NCBI GenBank assembly: GCA_013265495.1
Contig: MU058658.1
Location: 619,059 to 683,058, forward strand
Reading direction: 5' to 3'
Length of the DNA: 64,000 bases
DNA from: Vicugna vicugna
Lineage: Eukaryota
Shown: one piece after another, positions 52,901 to 64,000 of the stretch
Position numbering within the stretch: position 1 is the first letter of the stretch
How the letters are laid out: every line of letters begins with the position of its first letter
Notes under the pieces: model-generated
What the model was told of the DNA's origin: nothing
The model's database searches: none
What the model saw: only the letters and a program-made list of their open reading frames with translations
Made by a program: the position numbers and the translations under genes

Positions 52901-55900
52901 ATTTTTTTAAACACTATAGAACCACAGTAAGCATTATTGGAATTAATAACAAGGTTTATGCTGCACATACATGTTAGACAAAATAATTAGAAATCAACAG
53001 ATTTTTATGTCTATAAGCTTGCTTTTAAATTATAAAGGAGATTATCTTAAGTAAAGGTAATTAAAATTTTGCCCAGAAACACTAAAATCAAATAATTGTA
53101 TAATGTGACAAAAGCAATAATTCTAATAGCCTCCAGTTTTTGTCTTCAAGGCATTTACTTTAAAATTTACAGAAAAGAATTTCTTTTTTATTGTATATCA
53201 GTAGTTTCCATTACCTTACCAATTGTTTCTATGCTGTAGAGGGCAGGGAGCATCGTTTCGGGAGAAGAAACTAGCTCTTCACACACATGGAAGTCATCCA
53301 GTGGAAATTGCAAGGCTGGGCAGGGGAAGTGTTGATGCCAGTATCCTGTGTGGTCCATGGATGTGAAATGTCATGTGTAACAAGAACAGATCATAGAACT
53401 AGCACAATGAGTGAAAATAAGAGCAAGGGAAAGGGTAAAAACTAGGAGTCTTTGAAAAGAAATCATAATATGAATTTAATTTAGAAAACATGGGCCAAAG
53501 ACATGGTGTGAGAATTAAGAGTTCCTTAAGCCACAGAGACCTCTTTGCTGTGGTTGAACACTGCAGCCCTTGAGAACTGAGGTAATCCTCGGGTATAGAT
53601 GGGTCATAATTTCCCCTGATCACAGCGGTTCTGTGATTAATTAAGTGTCCCTGCTCTCAAAGATTGGTAGATGAACTTGCTTGTCAATGAGAGTCTCTGG
53701 TCAGAACAGTTTTGAATCATAACTTGGACTGAGAACCGTCTTAGTATACAAACCAAGTTTTGATTCAAAACACTATTGACCAAAACAACAACAAGAACCC
53801 ACTATTGACCAGAAACCCTGGGATCAATGTCCAGGACCTCCATTAAAATAAAAATTTTTAAACCCTAATTAACTCGCCTTCCCAAAAGATTTTTTTTTTT
53901 TTAAAAACCCTTATACAAAATGATGGTGTGGGTGGTGAGACGGGGAGACAGATTCAAGAATTTGAAGAATAAGTGACAACAGCAAAGCATTTTAAAATGT
54001 AATTCACTAACAGGCCGACTTTACATTTGACATTTTAAAGTCCCTGAATATTCCTTTATATAATCTTTAGCAATATTTATTTTAATAAAGGATGGAATGC
54101 TTATAAATGGGAGAGAAATACTTGTTTCTCTAATGGCTAATTAATGTAAAGAGCCACTATTCTTGGGAGAAAGGTGGAGACTTTATTACAGACTTCCTCC
54201 AGCCCAACGTCTTTGCCACCAAAAGAAGCACGCATCAGCACCTGACACTCAGTCACAAGGTGTGCTCAGGGACTGGGAGGTCACTTTCATCATGTTACTG
54301 CTTGTCACATGCTTATATTGCATGTGAAGTATTGTAGAGTGAAGGCTGTTTGGTTCACGATGTATATTCGGGGTTGTGGGGGAGAGAAAATTACAGAGAA
54401 GGAATACAGGAACAAAAAGGAAAGATACTGAACAGTACCCAGGCTGGTGGACGGGAGTGATTTTTCTCAGCAAACATCTTTCCTTAAATACATGAGATTT
54501 GTGAACACTCTTGAGCCCCAAAGCAGAAATACTTTACAGATTGATAGTCATTTCTGGATTTCTTGAGATACAATGCTTCTAAGAACATTGCTTATTGGGA
54601 GAGAATTCCCAATTACTCAGTTGATTCTTGCTGTCTGTATGGTGGTCCAGGGGCAGCAACCTAGCACATTCAGGAGCTGAACCCTGAAAAAAAAAGGGGG
54701 GTTGGGATTCCATCTCATCTTGGAGTGACAGTGTCTACATGGGGAGTGAAGAATATCTGTGAAAGACATTTGTGAATTTTGTACATTACCGAAATCTCTT
54801 AAAATAATAAAGAGTTTCGCCACTTGTGGCAAAAGAAAAAAAAAAGCTGGGAAAGAATGCCTGGGAAATAGGAAAATAAAAAGGGTGTCACAGCGGGTGA
54901 GTAGAGGAAATTGTTATCTATTAAGGACAGAATGAAATCAAGCAAATGACCATTGCAATCATAGCCATCTTGAAGATTTTGTCTCCAATAGATGAATAGT
55001 TGGGTCCTGAATCAGAAAGGAAATAAAAGGGATGAGTAGCATTTGAAAAAGTACCTGAAGTGATACAAATGAACAGCACACTCTGCTGTCGTATTTGTTC
55101 AGTGTCTCAACATTTATAGCATGAATCTTGTGGGTAAAGCACAGTTTATTACATGGGATATATTCAGGCAGGAAACAAAAAGCAGTCGTTATACAACTAT
55201 CATTGTTGATGGGTAGAGCACCTAAGTAACTTGATTTCATGGACTACTAGAATGAGATGCTCCTTTAAAGAAAAAAAAAAAGGAAGAGTAGGACAGAGCT
55301 GAGGAAAAATGAAGGTGTTTAGGATGGGTGAAAGTGTAAATAGGGTATCCAGAATCGGACTTATGAAGATGGATAGTTGTGGAAATACTGAAATGTGATC
55401 AGAAGAGGACAGCTTTCCTTCCTCTTTCCAATTGTTACATATTTTCTTATTTATTGTAGATTGTATCTCTGGTGTACTAAGCACTGGCGATGCAGAGAAC
55501 AGCCATCCTGCTTCTGTTCCTATTCTCAGGATTATCTTTTAATAATGGGCTATGATGCAGGATATTTTGAGAGAGATGCATTTCATAAATTAATATTACA
55601 TAACTTCAGTACACTAATCTCAGAAAAGACATTTTGTGTTGCTACAATAGTATGTACTTCTCGACCAATTATGCAAAGTGTCATATTCATGTCCTTTATA
55701 TCTGGTTTTCCCAGTCTGGGATCAGGTACAGTATAATAAACGTCATTGACTTCTCTCCTCCCTTGAATATCCATTAATCTGGAACAATCTCTGATTTCCT
55801 CTAAGTTGTTCTCCCTTGCTATTTTTTAAAGATTGTATGCCGATTATTTTTTAAAATTTCCCCCAGTTAGTGTACAGTAAGATCTCCTTAAAAAAAGATT

Positions 55901-56045
55901 GAGTTTGTCTGCTTTTTTGGTTTGTTTTTGTTGTTCTTGCTATTTTGGTTTTGTTTCATTGTCCTGATCAGTGTATGATAGCAGAAAACACATGTCTGTT
56001 TCCCCAGTACTGGTGATGTTTCCTTTGATCACTTCCTTACGGTGA

Positions 56046-56573
56046 TGTCAACTAAAACTTAACACTTGCCATCTGCCTCGACCAGGATTAAATCACCTTG
56101 GTACTTGCCCTCTGCCTCTGAAAGGATTAAATCAGGAGCCACTGCAGTTTCTGACCTTCAACACACTCTGAAAGGAGTTCAGGGTGGAGATCAGGAATGC
56201 TTCACTCTGTGCTCTGGGAAAAACTCAGAACAGACCTTGAGACAGTTAGGTATTTTCAGGGGAAGGTTTTAAGAGCCCGAATTCTTGTGTCTTCTCACAC
56301 CTAGAAAAACACTAAAATCATTAGTAGAACAATCTGCTCCTCAGGACAAGCAGTAACCTCCATGGGAATAGCAGCAATCTTCTACAGAAAAGGTGTGCTG
56401 GGTTGCTTGTACCCCACTTCACCAGAATGACACATACTCACCTTCCCCTCAAACTCTTTGGAGCTGTTACTTGGAGCTATTCAAAATACTGTCTCGGAGC
56501 TCTAGTCCTCATTTGGCCCCAAATAAAACTTAACTCACAACTTGAACATTTTGAGATTTTATTTCGGTAGACA
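56046..56573 (+). mobile_element. Solo ERV1-type LTR
   Basis: TGTCAAC...GTAGACA termini, AATAAA at ~56522, perfect 4-bp target-site duplication GTGA. Confidence 0.85.
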
Positions 56574-58289
56574 GTGACATCCTTTGCCTTTTGTTCCTAC
56601 TACTATTAGAGGCTGAGGAACATGTGTAGCAAGACAGAGTGGCCACCACTTTGGTTCTAAATTTCTCCCTGGCTTCTCTGTAGATAGTGAATCCAGTAAG
56701 GAAGTATTGATGGAGGACAGCGGGCAAAAACCACTGTATATAGTCCAGGAATCTGATGCCAAAGGACTGGCCTATGATGCTGGCATTGGAGATGGTCAGG
56801 AGAGGATAAACTGGGATGTGTTAGGAAAAACAGCTGGCAAGACGTGCATAATTAAGATGATGGGTTAAGCCCCAGAAAATGACTTTTTTCCTTTAAGACG
56901 CTTTGCATCTGTGGACCTGAAGCGCTTAGCCTGTTTTGATGGATTTCTTAATCAGCTCCCAGCAAGCATATGTTGATTAACTGAAGTCAAAGTTTCTAAT
57001 TTTCAGGACGCAACAGACGACCAGTTCCTGACAACACGATGGTTTCTTGGGTAGTTGAGTTTTTCATGGCCTTGATTTCCTTGGACCTGCCCATATTAGA
57101 TGAGACTGGATAGCAAGACTTGCTGGGTGATGCTGTGTATCTGTAGCATCTGTAGCTGTAGGTATCTGAGGATGCCATGGCATGTTAATTGTTGTCTGAA
57201 TAGTAATTCAAAACTTGTCCTTCAGCTTCACTTGATGAAAATTAAATCCCTTGCTAAGGAAGTCTAGGGCCATCCAAAACTATTGACAGGGACTTGGATA
57301 TTCCATACCATATAATGTAACAGTTGATATATTTAGGTTTAAAAATATCCTCTTATTTTGTGAATTTATTCACCTACCTGTTTCAATTTATCTTGTCCTT
57401 TTAAAAAACTTAACACTATTTGTAACAATTTTGTTCTAGTTTTGAACATCTACACCCTTATTATTGAAGCTGAAAATCCCCTTTTTTAACACATTGGATC
57501 ACAGAGCTATGGATAACATATTTTTCTTCCCTCTAGATATTACAAAGGATTTACAACATTAATTAACTTGGCCCATAATAACATACATGCTATTCAAGTT
57601 ATGCATATTAATTCCATCATTCTAAATCCGTAAGGAAATATTGTTATGCTTTACACAATGAATGACACGTGTCAATCTACAGATGCACTTCTCTCTCGGA
57701 TCATCATTCTATCACAGATCTTTCACCAGGAATAACAGTCCCTTGACCATTGTCCTTCCATATAACAGTTTAAATTTATCCGTGTTAGTTATACATTAAT
57801 TTTTTCACTTGACTTCAAATTTTGTTTTGTACATTCTGAAGGACGTATTTAGTGTATATGGAAACCTTGTTTCATGAATTTCTCTTCAGCACTTGGCAGA
57901 GGCCCTCCCACTTGTGTCCTGTACCAGAACTATATATTGGGAGTGAATGGTGACAGATTACTTGTCGTTTTATCTATAGTCTCCTTGTCTTAGTTTATGT
58001 TAGGGACAGAAAGGCTCACATTTAGACTGAGACAATAACTGGATGTGATTTGGAGCTGTCCCACTAAAGAGTGGCCGAGAGTGCTGTATGTGTAGGAAGA
58101 AAAAGAAAATGAGTATCTGGTGACCACCCCAGTGAGGGATGGCACTAGAAACAGGATAGATTCTCTCCAATCCAGTTTTCTTTTCTGAATCCCCAGCTTT
58201 CATTCTGATTAGGTTGAATGATGTAAACTCGAGTTTTACACAATGGACAAGGGGCAAAAGTGATTGTGAAATTGTGTCAGAACCTCGTG

Positions 58290-58729
58290 GGATCTGAAAA
58301 TGAAACATTAACAGGACAAAAGCATCTGCATTTTATTGAATTTTTACATATATCTTGGAGACTTCAAAGGAGAATAAAGAAGTGACCAGAGTAGGAAGCT
58401 TTTATATACATTTACACAAAGAAAGAATAAATTATTAAAAAAAAAAGACTAATGGGTTTTGGTGGTGGGTAGTAAATGATGAAAAAGTAACAATTTATGT
58501 TTGCACAGCATTCTCAGACCTTTGTTCTCTACCCCTGTTGATGAAAGATGTACCCTCTGATACAGAGTATCTTTCACATAGGAGATGTATCTCCTGATTT
58601 CATGGAAGAAGGGCAAAGGTGGGGAGTGTGCTGAGTGACCTTCCTGCTTCTGTGGTCTTCTTCAACTCTGAGCTTGATATGCAACATGCCAAGGTGCCAT
58701 ATTTTGAGTAGTGTGTACTGAGCCCATCA
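58290..58729 (-). mobile_element. ERV1-type LTR remnant, MER34-like
   Basis: Minus strand starts tgatgggctcagtacacactactcaaaatatggcaccttggcat, typical of MER34-group LTR 5' ends; left boundary approximate. Confidence 0.55.
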
Positions 58730-58834
58730 AAGTCAACAGGAAATGGGTAGAAATGATCCTCTCAGCCTCACTTCTAGGGTAGCATAGCTAGTCCCCCTAT
58801 GGATTGATTCTTCTAGGAAATTAAAATGGAGTTA

Positions 58835-59126
58835 TTTAGAGGGAACTGCTGTCAGGTTGGCTTATAGGGAAATGAGCAGAGGAACACCCCTCACTGCCCC
58901 TTTCATAAAATATCAAAGTGAAACCTGATGTACAGGTTAGAACAATCATTGGCTAGTGCAGGGGATCAGGAGGGTGGGCAACTAAGTAGGCACTTACTGA
59001 TTAGGCTCTATGATTAACAGGGAAGGGTGAGTTCTGTGAGGAGCCTAGGTTGAAGCAGGGACTAATGGAACAGGGGAGGTTCAAAGAGCAAGACAACAGC
59101 CTTCTTGGGTAGCCTGATCATTCACA
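58835..59126 (-). mobile_element. Truncated paralogous LTR upstream of gene D
   Basis: Reverse complement matches the 5' part of the 10331 and 36395 LTRs, with the same upstream flank. Confidence 0.7.
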
Positions 59127-59519
59127 TCAGTGTTTCTCACTGAGGTGGGCACAACTTCTAACTGTACAGGCATAAGAGCCTTTTCTGTGGGAAAGAGAAG
59201 CAGTGCTCTTCCCCTTGTCCATCTGCTTTAGAGCTGCCCAATATCTCCTCTCCATATTTCATGGTCCTGTCTTGACTTCCTCCATGTCAAAAAATGACTT
59301 TCACACTTCAGGCTGTATATATTTCAAGAGCAATAGGATAATGTTTATGTGCTTCCAGTTACCTGGGTTGGACTCGCGGAGTCTGAGATACTGTTCAAAT
59401 ACTTCAGTGATCAGTAGTACCTGAGGCCCTCAATGCTTTCAGCACCCCACCTCCGCTATGGTTCTGCTGCCCTCTTCAGAAGGATGAATCCCTCCCCCGA
59501 CCTAGAGGCCATTTCCCAG

Positions 59520-60130
59520 TGGCCCCCGCGGTGGTCCTTGGCTCTTTTCCTGGTTATTCTGTTGTGGGGCGTCCTTCTCTGAGGCCTTGGCACTACGTTA
59601 CCCAGAAGATTTTGCGTCAAGGGGCAGCGAAGTTAGTCCAATGAAAATCCAGAAAGGAGGCGCTTCCGGGTCAGCGAACATTTCGGGGAGGGACTTCCGG
59701 CGCCTAGTTGGCAGCCATTTTGGTTGCTGTGGAGTCAGTTGGCCACGTGAGGAGGTCGCTTGTCCCGTGAGGGGAGCGAGGTGACGGGCTGGAAGGCTCA
59801 GGAGGAGGCTCTGTCCGCGCTGCACGGGTGCGGGTGTGAGGGTCGAGGACACCGCCGCCCGCGAGGAGTGTCGGTGCCGAGCCGACCCGGTCACTAGGCT
59901 GCGGCCAGACTGCTCCGCGCAGAGGCTCGGATGGCGGCGGCTACGCTGAGGGTCGGGGCTCAGGTAAGTGCTGCTGCTGCGGGTTCTCCCCTGCCCGTTT
60001 CCCACCCAGATAGTAACGCCCTGAGTGGGGGCGCCTGGTCCAGGACCGAGGCCTTCGGGACGGGGCCCCTGTTTCTGCCCACCAGTGTCTTGCGGTGTCG
60101 GTGGGGCTTGGAGAGGCAAGTGAACCGGGA
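59520..60130 (+). promoter_or_regulatory. CpG-island promoter of gene D
   Basis: Paralogous to the A/B/C promoters: ACTACGTTACCCAGAAG, CCAAT, CTTCCGG x2, GCCATTTTG, CACGTG. Confidence 0.8.
59931..59963 (+). CDS. KRAB-ZNF gene D, first coding exon (MAAATLRVGAQ)
   Basis: ATG, 33 nt, CAG|gtaagt donor. Confidence 0.88.
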
Positions 60131-60935
60131 ACTTCGGGGAACCTGGAGTCTGTCTTGTTTCTCCGAGGAACAAAGTTTGAGGCCCACTTGCACTTGGAGT
60201 GGTGGAGGAGTGATTACATCTTAATTCTTAGGGCTTTGGGAGCCATGGAGACTTCAGAGCCGAGGAAGGACACGATCTGAGTTAGGCTGTTTAAAACTCT
60301 TCAAAGCCTGTTCAGTGGAAGTACAGAATGTAGGGGCTGATGAGGAGGACATCGAGGCAGAGGGCTGTTGTGGCTTTTCCCAGGTCACAAGTGGTTAAGA
60401 GGTAGCACTGAGGACAGAGGCGGAGATTAGTCAGCCCAAGGTTCCCGGCAGGTACTGGTCAGTCCAGGGAAGGCCTGAGCCCCCCGGAGAACCGCCACGG
60501 TCACTTTCCTCCATGGCCACCTCTTCTCGCAGACTGCCAGGGCTGCAGAAACAGTTTCATTAAGTGGAGTTACTCCCAGTCGCTAATTTGTTCTGAGCCC
60601 TGCACACATCACTCTGTATTTGAGGTGTCTGGGGCTCTTCACCTGCGATTCTCCCAGTCGTTTTGTTTGGGCACCCTGAGGAACCAGAATCTCGGGGTCC
60701 TGAGTCCACGTCAGGGTATATGGATGAGGTTTTCATTTCCCACTACTGATGGAAAGAGATTTGGATGGTTACTGCTGGGACAGGTACCATTATGTGAAAC
60801 TATTTTGAGGTGAGGCTCAGCTCATTTAGGTAATTTCTGGTGGGAATAAACAGCAGGGAAGAGCAGGAGTTCGGCTTGAAATGACTGCCTGTTTATTCTG
60901 GAGGCCATGGGAGGTTCAGATCAGGGCAGGGAGGT

Positions 60936-61058
60936 TTGGTATTGTTTTTTGTTTTTTTTAAATTTCTCTTTCTTTCTTTTCTTTCGTGGAGGTACTGGGG
61001 ATTGAACCCAGGACCTTGCTCATGGTAAGCATGCGCTCTACCACTGAGCTGTACCCAG
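60936..61058 (-). mobile_element. Vic-1-type SINE in intron 1 of gene D
   Basis: Reverse SINE head, T-rich tail, duplication AGGGAGGTTT; absent at the paralogous site in A, B and C. Confidence 0.85.
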
Positions 61059-61167
61059 AGGAGGGAGGTTTTCTTACCCAGGTCTCAAGAAGCTCCGTCT
61101 GGTTGGGCAGTAGGGTAGACGTGTGGGAAGATGGGCTGTGGGTTTTCAGGAGTGAGGCTATTTATGA

Positions 61168-61347
<180 letters not shown>

Positions 61348-61749
61348 TGAACTAGGCTCTGCCTTTCTCCCTTTCCCCAGGGGCAGCTTTGTCATTGTCA
61401 TCTCTGGACCATGGGGGCTCCTTTCTTGTACAATTCCTTGGGTAGGTGCTGTGGTTACTATGGGGATGCTGAGTGCATCCCTACTCCCCAGTGCCCCTAC
61501 GTCTGTAGCCCCCAAGCCTTGCAGGTAAGGATTCAGGATCAGCAGTCTTACAGTCAGCCTGATAGACCCCTCTTTGCTTGTCCTCTCTTTGGCCAGGTGA
61601 CTGTCCAAATCCATGGTATCCAAATTTTGTTCCATTCTTATACTCGAGGTTGAGTTGTGCTTGACTGTGCAACAAACTGTTGTTATTGACATGGTTACTA
61701 ATAAAACAGACTATGAGCTTTTCTTGCAAGGCCCTTTCCCAAGGTTCCA

Positions 61750-64000
61750 GTTCTTCTACATCCATGGCAGCATCTCTTATATTCTGTTCTTTGGATAATA
61801 GCTGTCCTAGTTGGTGTGAAGAGGAATATCTTTACCATTTCAATTGTGATTCCCTAATAGTATGCTTATTGGCCATTTGTTTATCTTCAAAAAACCTTAA
61901 TGAAGCCCCTTTTCATTATTTTAATCAGGTTGGCTTTTTCATTATTTTTAAATACAGACTTTATCCATATAATCTGGGTATTAATCCCTTGTTGTATATA
62001 TGATTTGCAAATGTTTTCTCACATTCTGTGGTTGCCTTTTTCCTGTGTTCATCGTGTCTTTTGATGTATGAAAGTTGTACAGTTGATTTTCCCCATCATC
62101 ACTGAGGTATAATGGACACATAATAATGCGTAAGTTAAAGTTATGCCACAAATGTTATTCAGTTTATGAAATCCAGTTTTTGTTGCTTCTGCCATTGTTG
62201 CCATCGTCAAGAAATCATGGCTGAATCCAACAATTGAGACTTTTCTCCCTTTTTTAAGAATTTTATAGTTTCAGCTTTTGCACTTAGGCCAATTGATTCA
62301 TTTTGAGTGAATTTTTGTATAGGGTGCTAGGTAAAGGTTTAACTTCATTCTTGGGCATAAGGATATCCAGTTCTCTCAGCAATGTTTGTTGAAAGCACTG
62401 TCCTTACTGAATGGTAATGGTCTTGTCAAAATTTAATCATATATGGGTTTATTTTTAGACAGTATTCTCTGTTCTATTTAATGGGAATATGATTCTGACT
62501 TTATGGCAGTAGCAGGCTATTTTGATTACTGTAGCTTTGTAATAAAATTAGAAGTAAGGTGCTGTGAGTCCTTCAGTTTTCTTCTTTTTCTTAATTGGCT
62601 GTGTGGAATCCCTTGAGAATCCATATGAATTTTAGGATGAGGTTCTCTGTTTCTTGAGGATGTCAATGGGATTTTGATAGGGAGTGGTTTGAATCAACAA
62701 TCCCCCACCTGAGTGTTTGAATGAAGACAATTTTATTTTTCCTTCCCAGTCAATATACCTCTTGAGTAACTTTCTCATCTCATTACATTAATTGTGTTCT
62801 AGTACAAAGCTGAAAAGGACTGGTAAGAGGGAACATACTTGCCTTCTTCATCTTAGTGCAAAAGCTTCTTTAGTAAGTATTATGATAGCTGTCGGGTTTT
62901 GTTTAGACTATCAAGTTGAATTTTTCTTCTCTATTTAGTTTACTAGGGGATGGAGATTTTTATCATGTGAATGATTGTTGGATTTTGTCAGTCCTTTTTC
63001 TGCAGTTATTGATGAGGTCATCTGTTTCTTTTGGATGATACGGATTATATTAGTTGATTTTCAGATGTTGAACCAGCCTTCTATACCTTGCATAAACCCC
63101 ACTTGATCTTGGCTTCTAATTTGTTTTATACAGTGTTTGAATCAACTTACTAATAGTTTTTGAGAATTACTGCATCTATGTTCATGAGAGGCATTGGTTT
63201 ACAGTTTTGTTGTGTGTCTTGTTTGGTGTTAGAGTAATGCTGGCCTCATAGAATGAGTTAGGAAGTATTCCCTCTGTTTTTATTTCCTGAAAGAGATTGT
63301 AGAGAATTCTATAATCTCTTCTTTAAATGTTTGACAGAATACACCAGTGAACCAATATGGGCCAGTTGCATTCTGTTTTGGGAGGGTATTCATAATTGAT
63401 TCAATTTCTTTAATAGACATAGACCTATTCAGATACTCTATTTCTTCTTGCGTGGGTTGTGGTACTGTGTCTTTCAGCTAATTGATCCATTTCATCTAAC
63501 TTATCAAATTTATGGGTTTGAAGAGTGTCATATATTTCATCATTATCCTTTTAATGTTCACAGTATCTGTAGTGATATTTCCTCTTTCATTTCTGATATT
63601 CATAATTTGTGTTTTCGCCCTGTTTTTCTTCATTAGCCTGACTAGAATATTTTTTTACTATATCAGTCCTTGTAAAGAATCAGCTTTTTTTGGCTTATGC
63701 TTCTTCTTCCTTTGTATGTAATAGTCTCCCATTCTAGTTTCCTAAGCATTGGAAACACAGATTATGGATTTCAGATCTTCTTTTCTAATATAAGCCTTAA
63801 ATGCTATAAATTTCCCTATGAACACTGCATTGTCATATTTGGACAAGTGGCCTGTTTGTTTCTTTTAAACTATCTTAAAATTTCTCTTGAGCTATCTTCT
63901 TTGACCTATGTATTACTTGGAAGTGTATTTTTAAATTTCTCAATATTTTGGGATTTTCCATGTGTCTTTCAGTTACTGGTTTCTACTCAAATTCCACTGT
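61750..64000 (-). mobile_element. Degenerate LINE-1 fragments in intron 2 of gene D
   Basis: Mirror image of the gene A intron (about 7630 down to 2600, with gaps). Confidence 0.75.

Overview
Mammalian genomic DNA, most likely camelid (it carries many Vic-1-type tRNA-derived SINEs). The window is part of a KRAB-C2H2 zinc-finger gene cluster of the type found at human 19q13.43 (ZNF548/ZNF211/ZNF772-like). Four paralogues share one architecture (33-nt ATG exon, 127-nt KRAB-A exon, long L1-filled intron, zinc-finger exon) and lie in mirror order A(-) B(-) | C(+) D(+). B (604 aa predicted) and C (601 aa predicted) are complete; the finger exons of A and D fall outside the window. The two halves are arms of an old inverted duplication with a readable junction near 36,996. 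The arms show short perfectly identical patches (probable gene conversion), a dead KRAB-B exon, and independently expanded finger arrays. Also present: a full-length RPL31 retrocopy, an apparent L1 3' transduction, an orphan CpG island, several LTRs, MER8-like elements and many L1 fragments. Repeat family names and divergence levels are by eye, not from database searches. I found no entirely new class of system; the novelty is in the cluster's structure and history.
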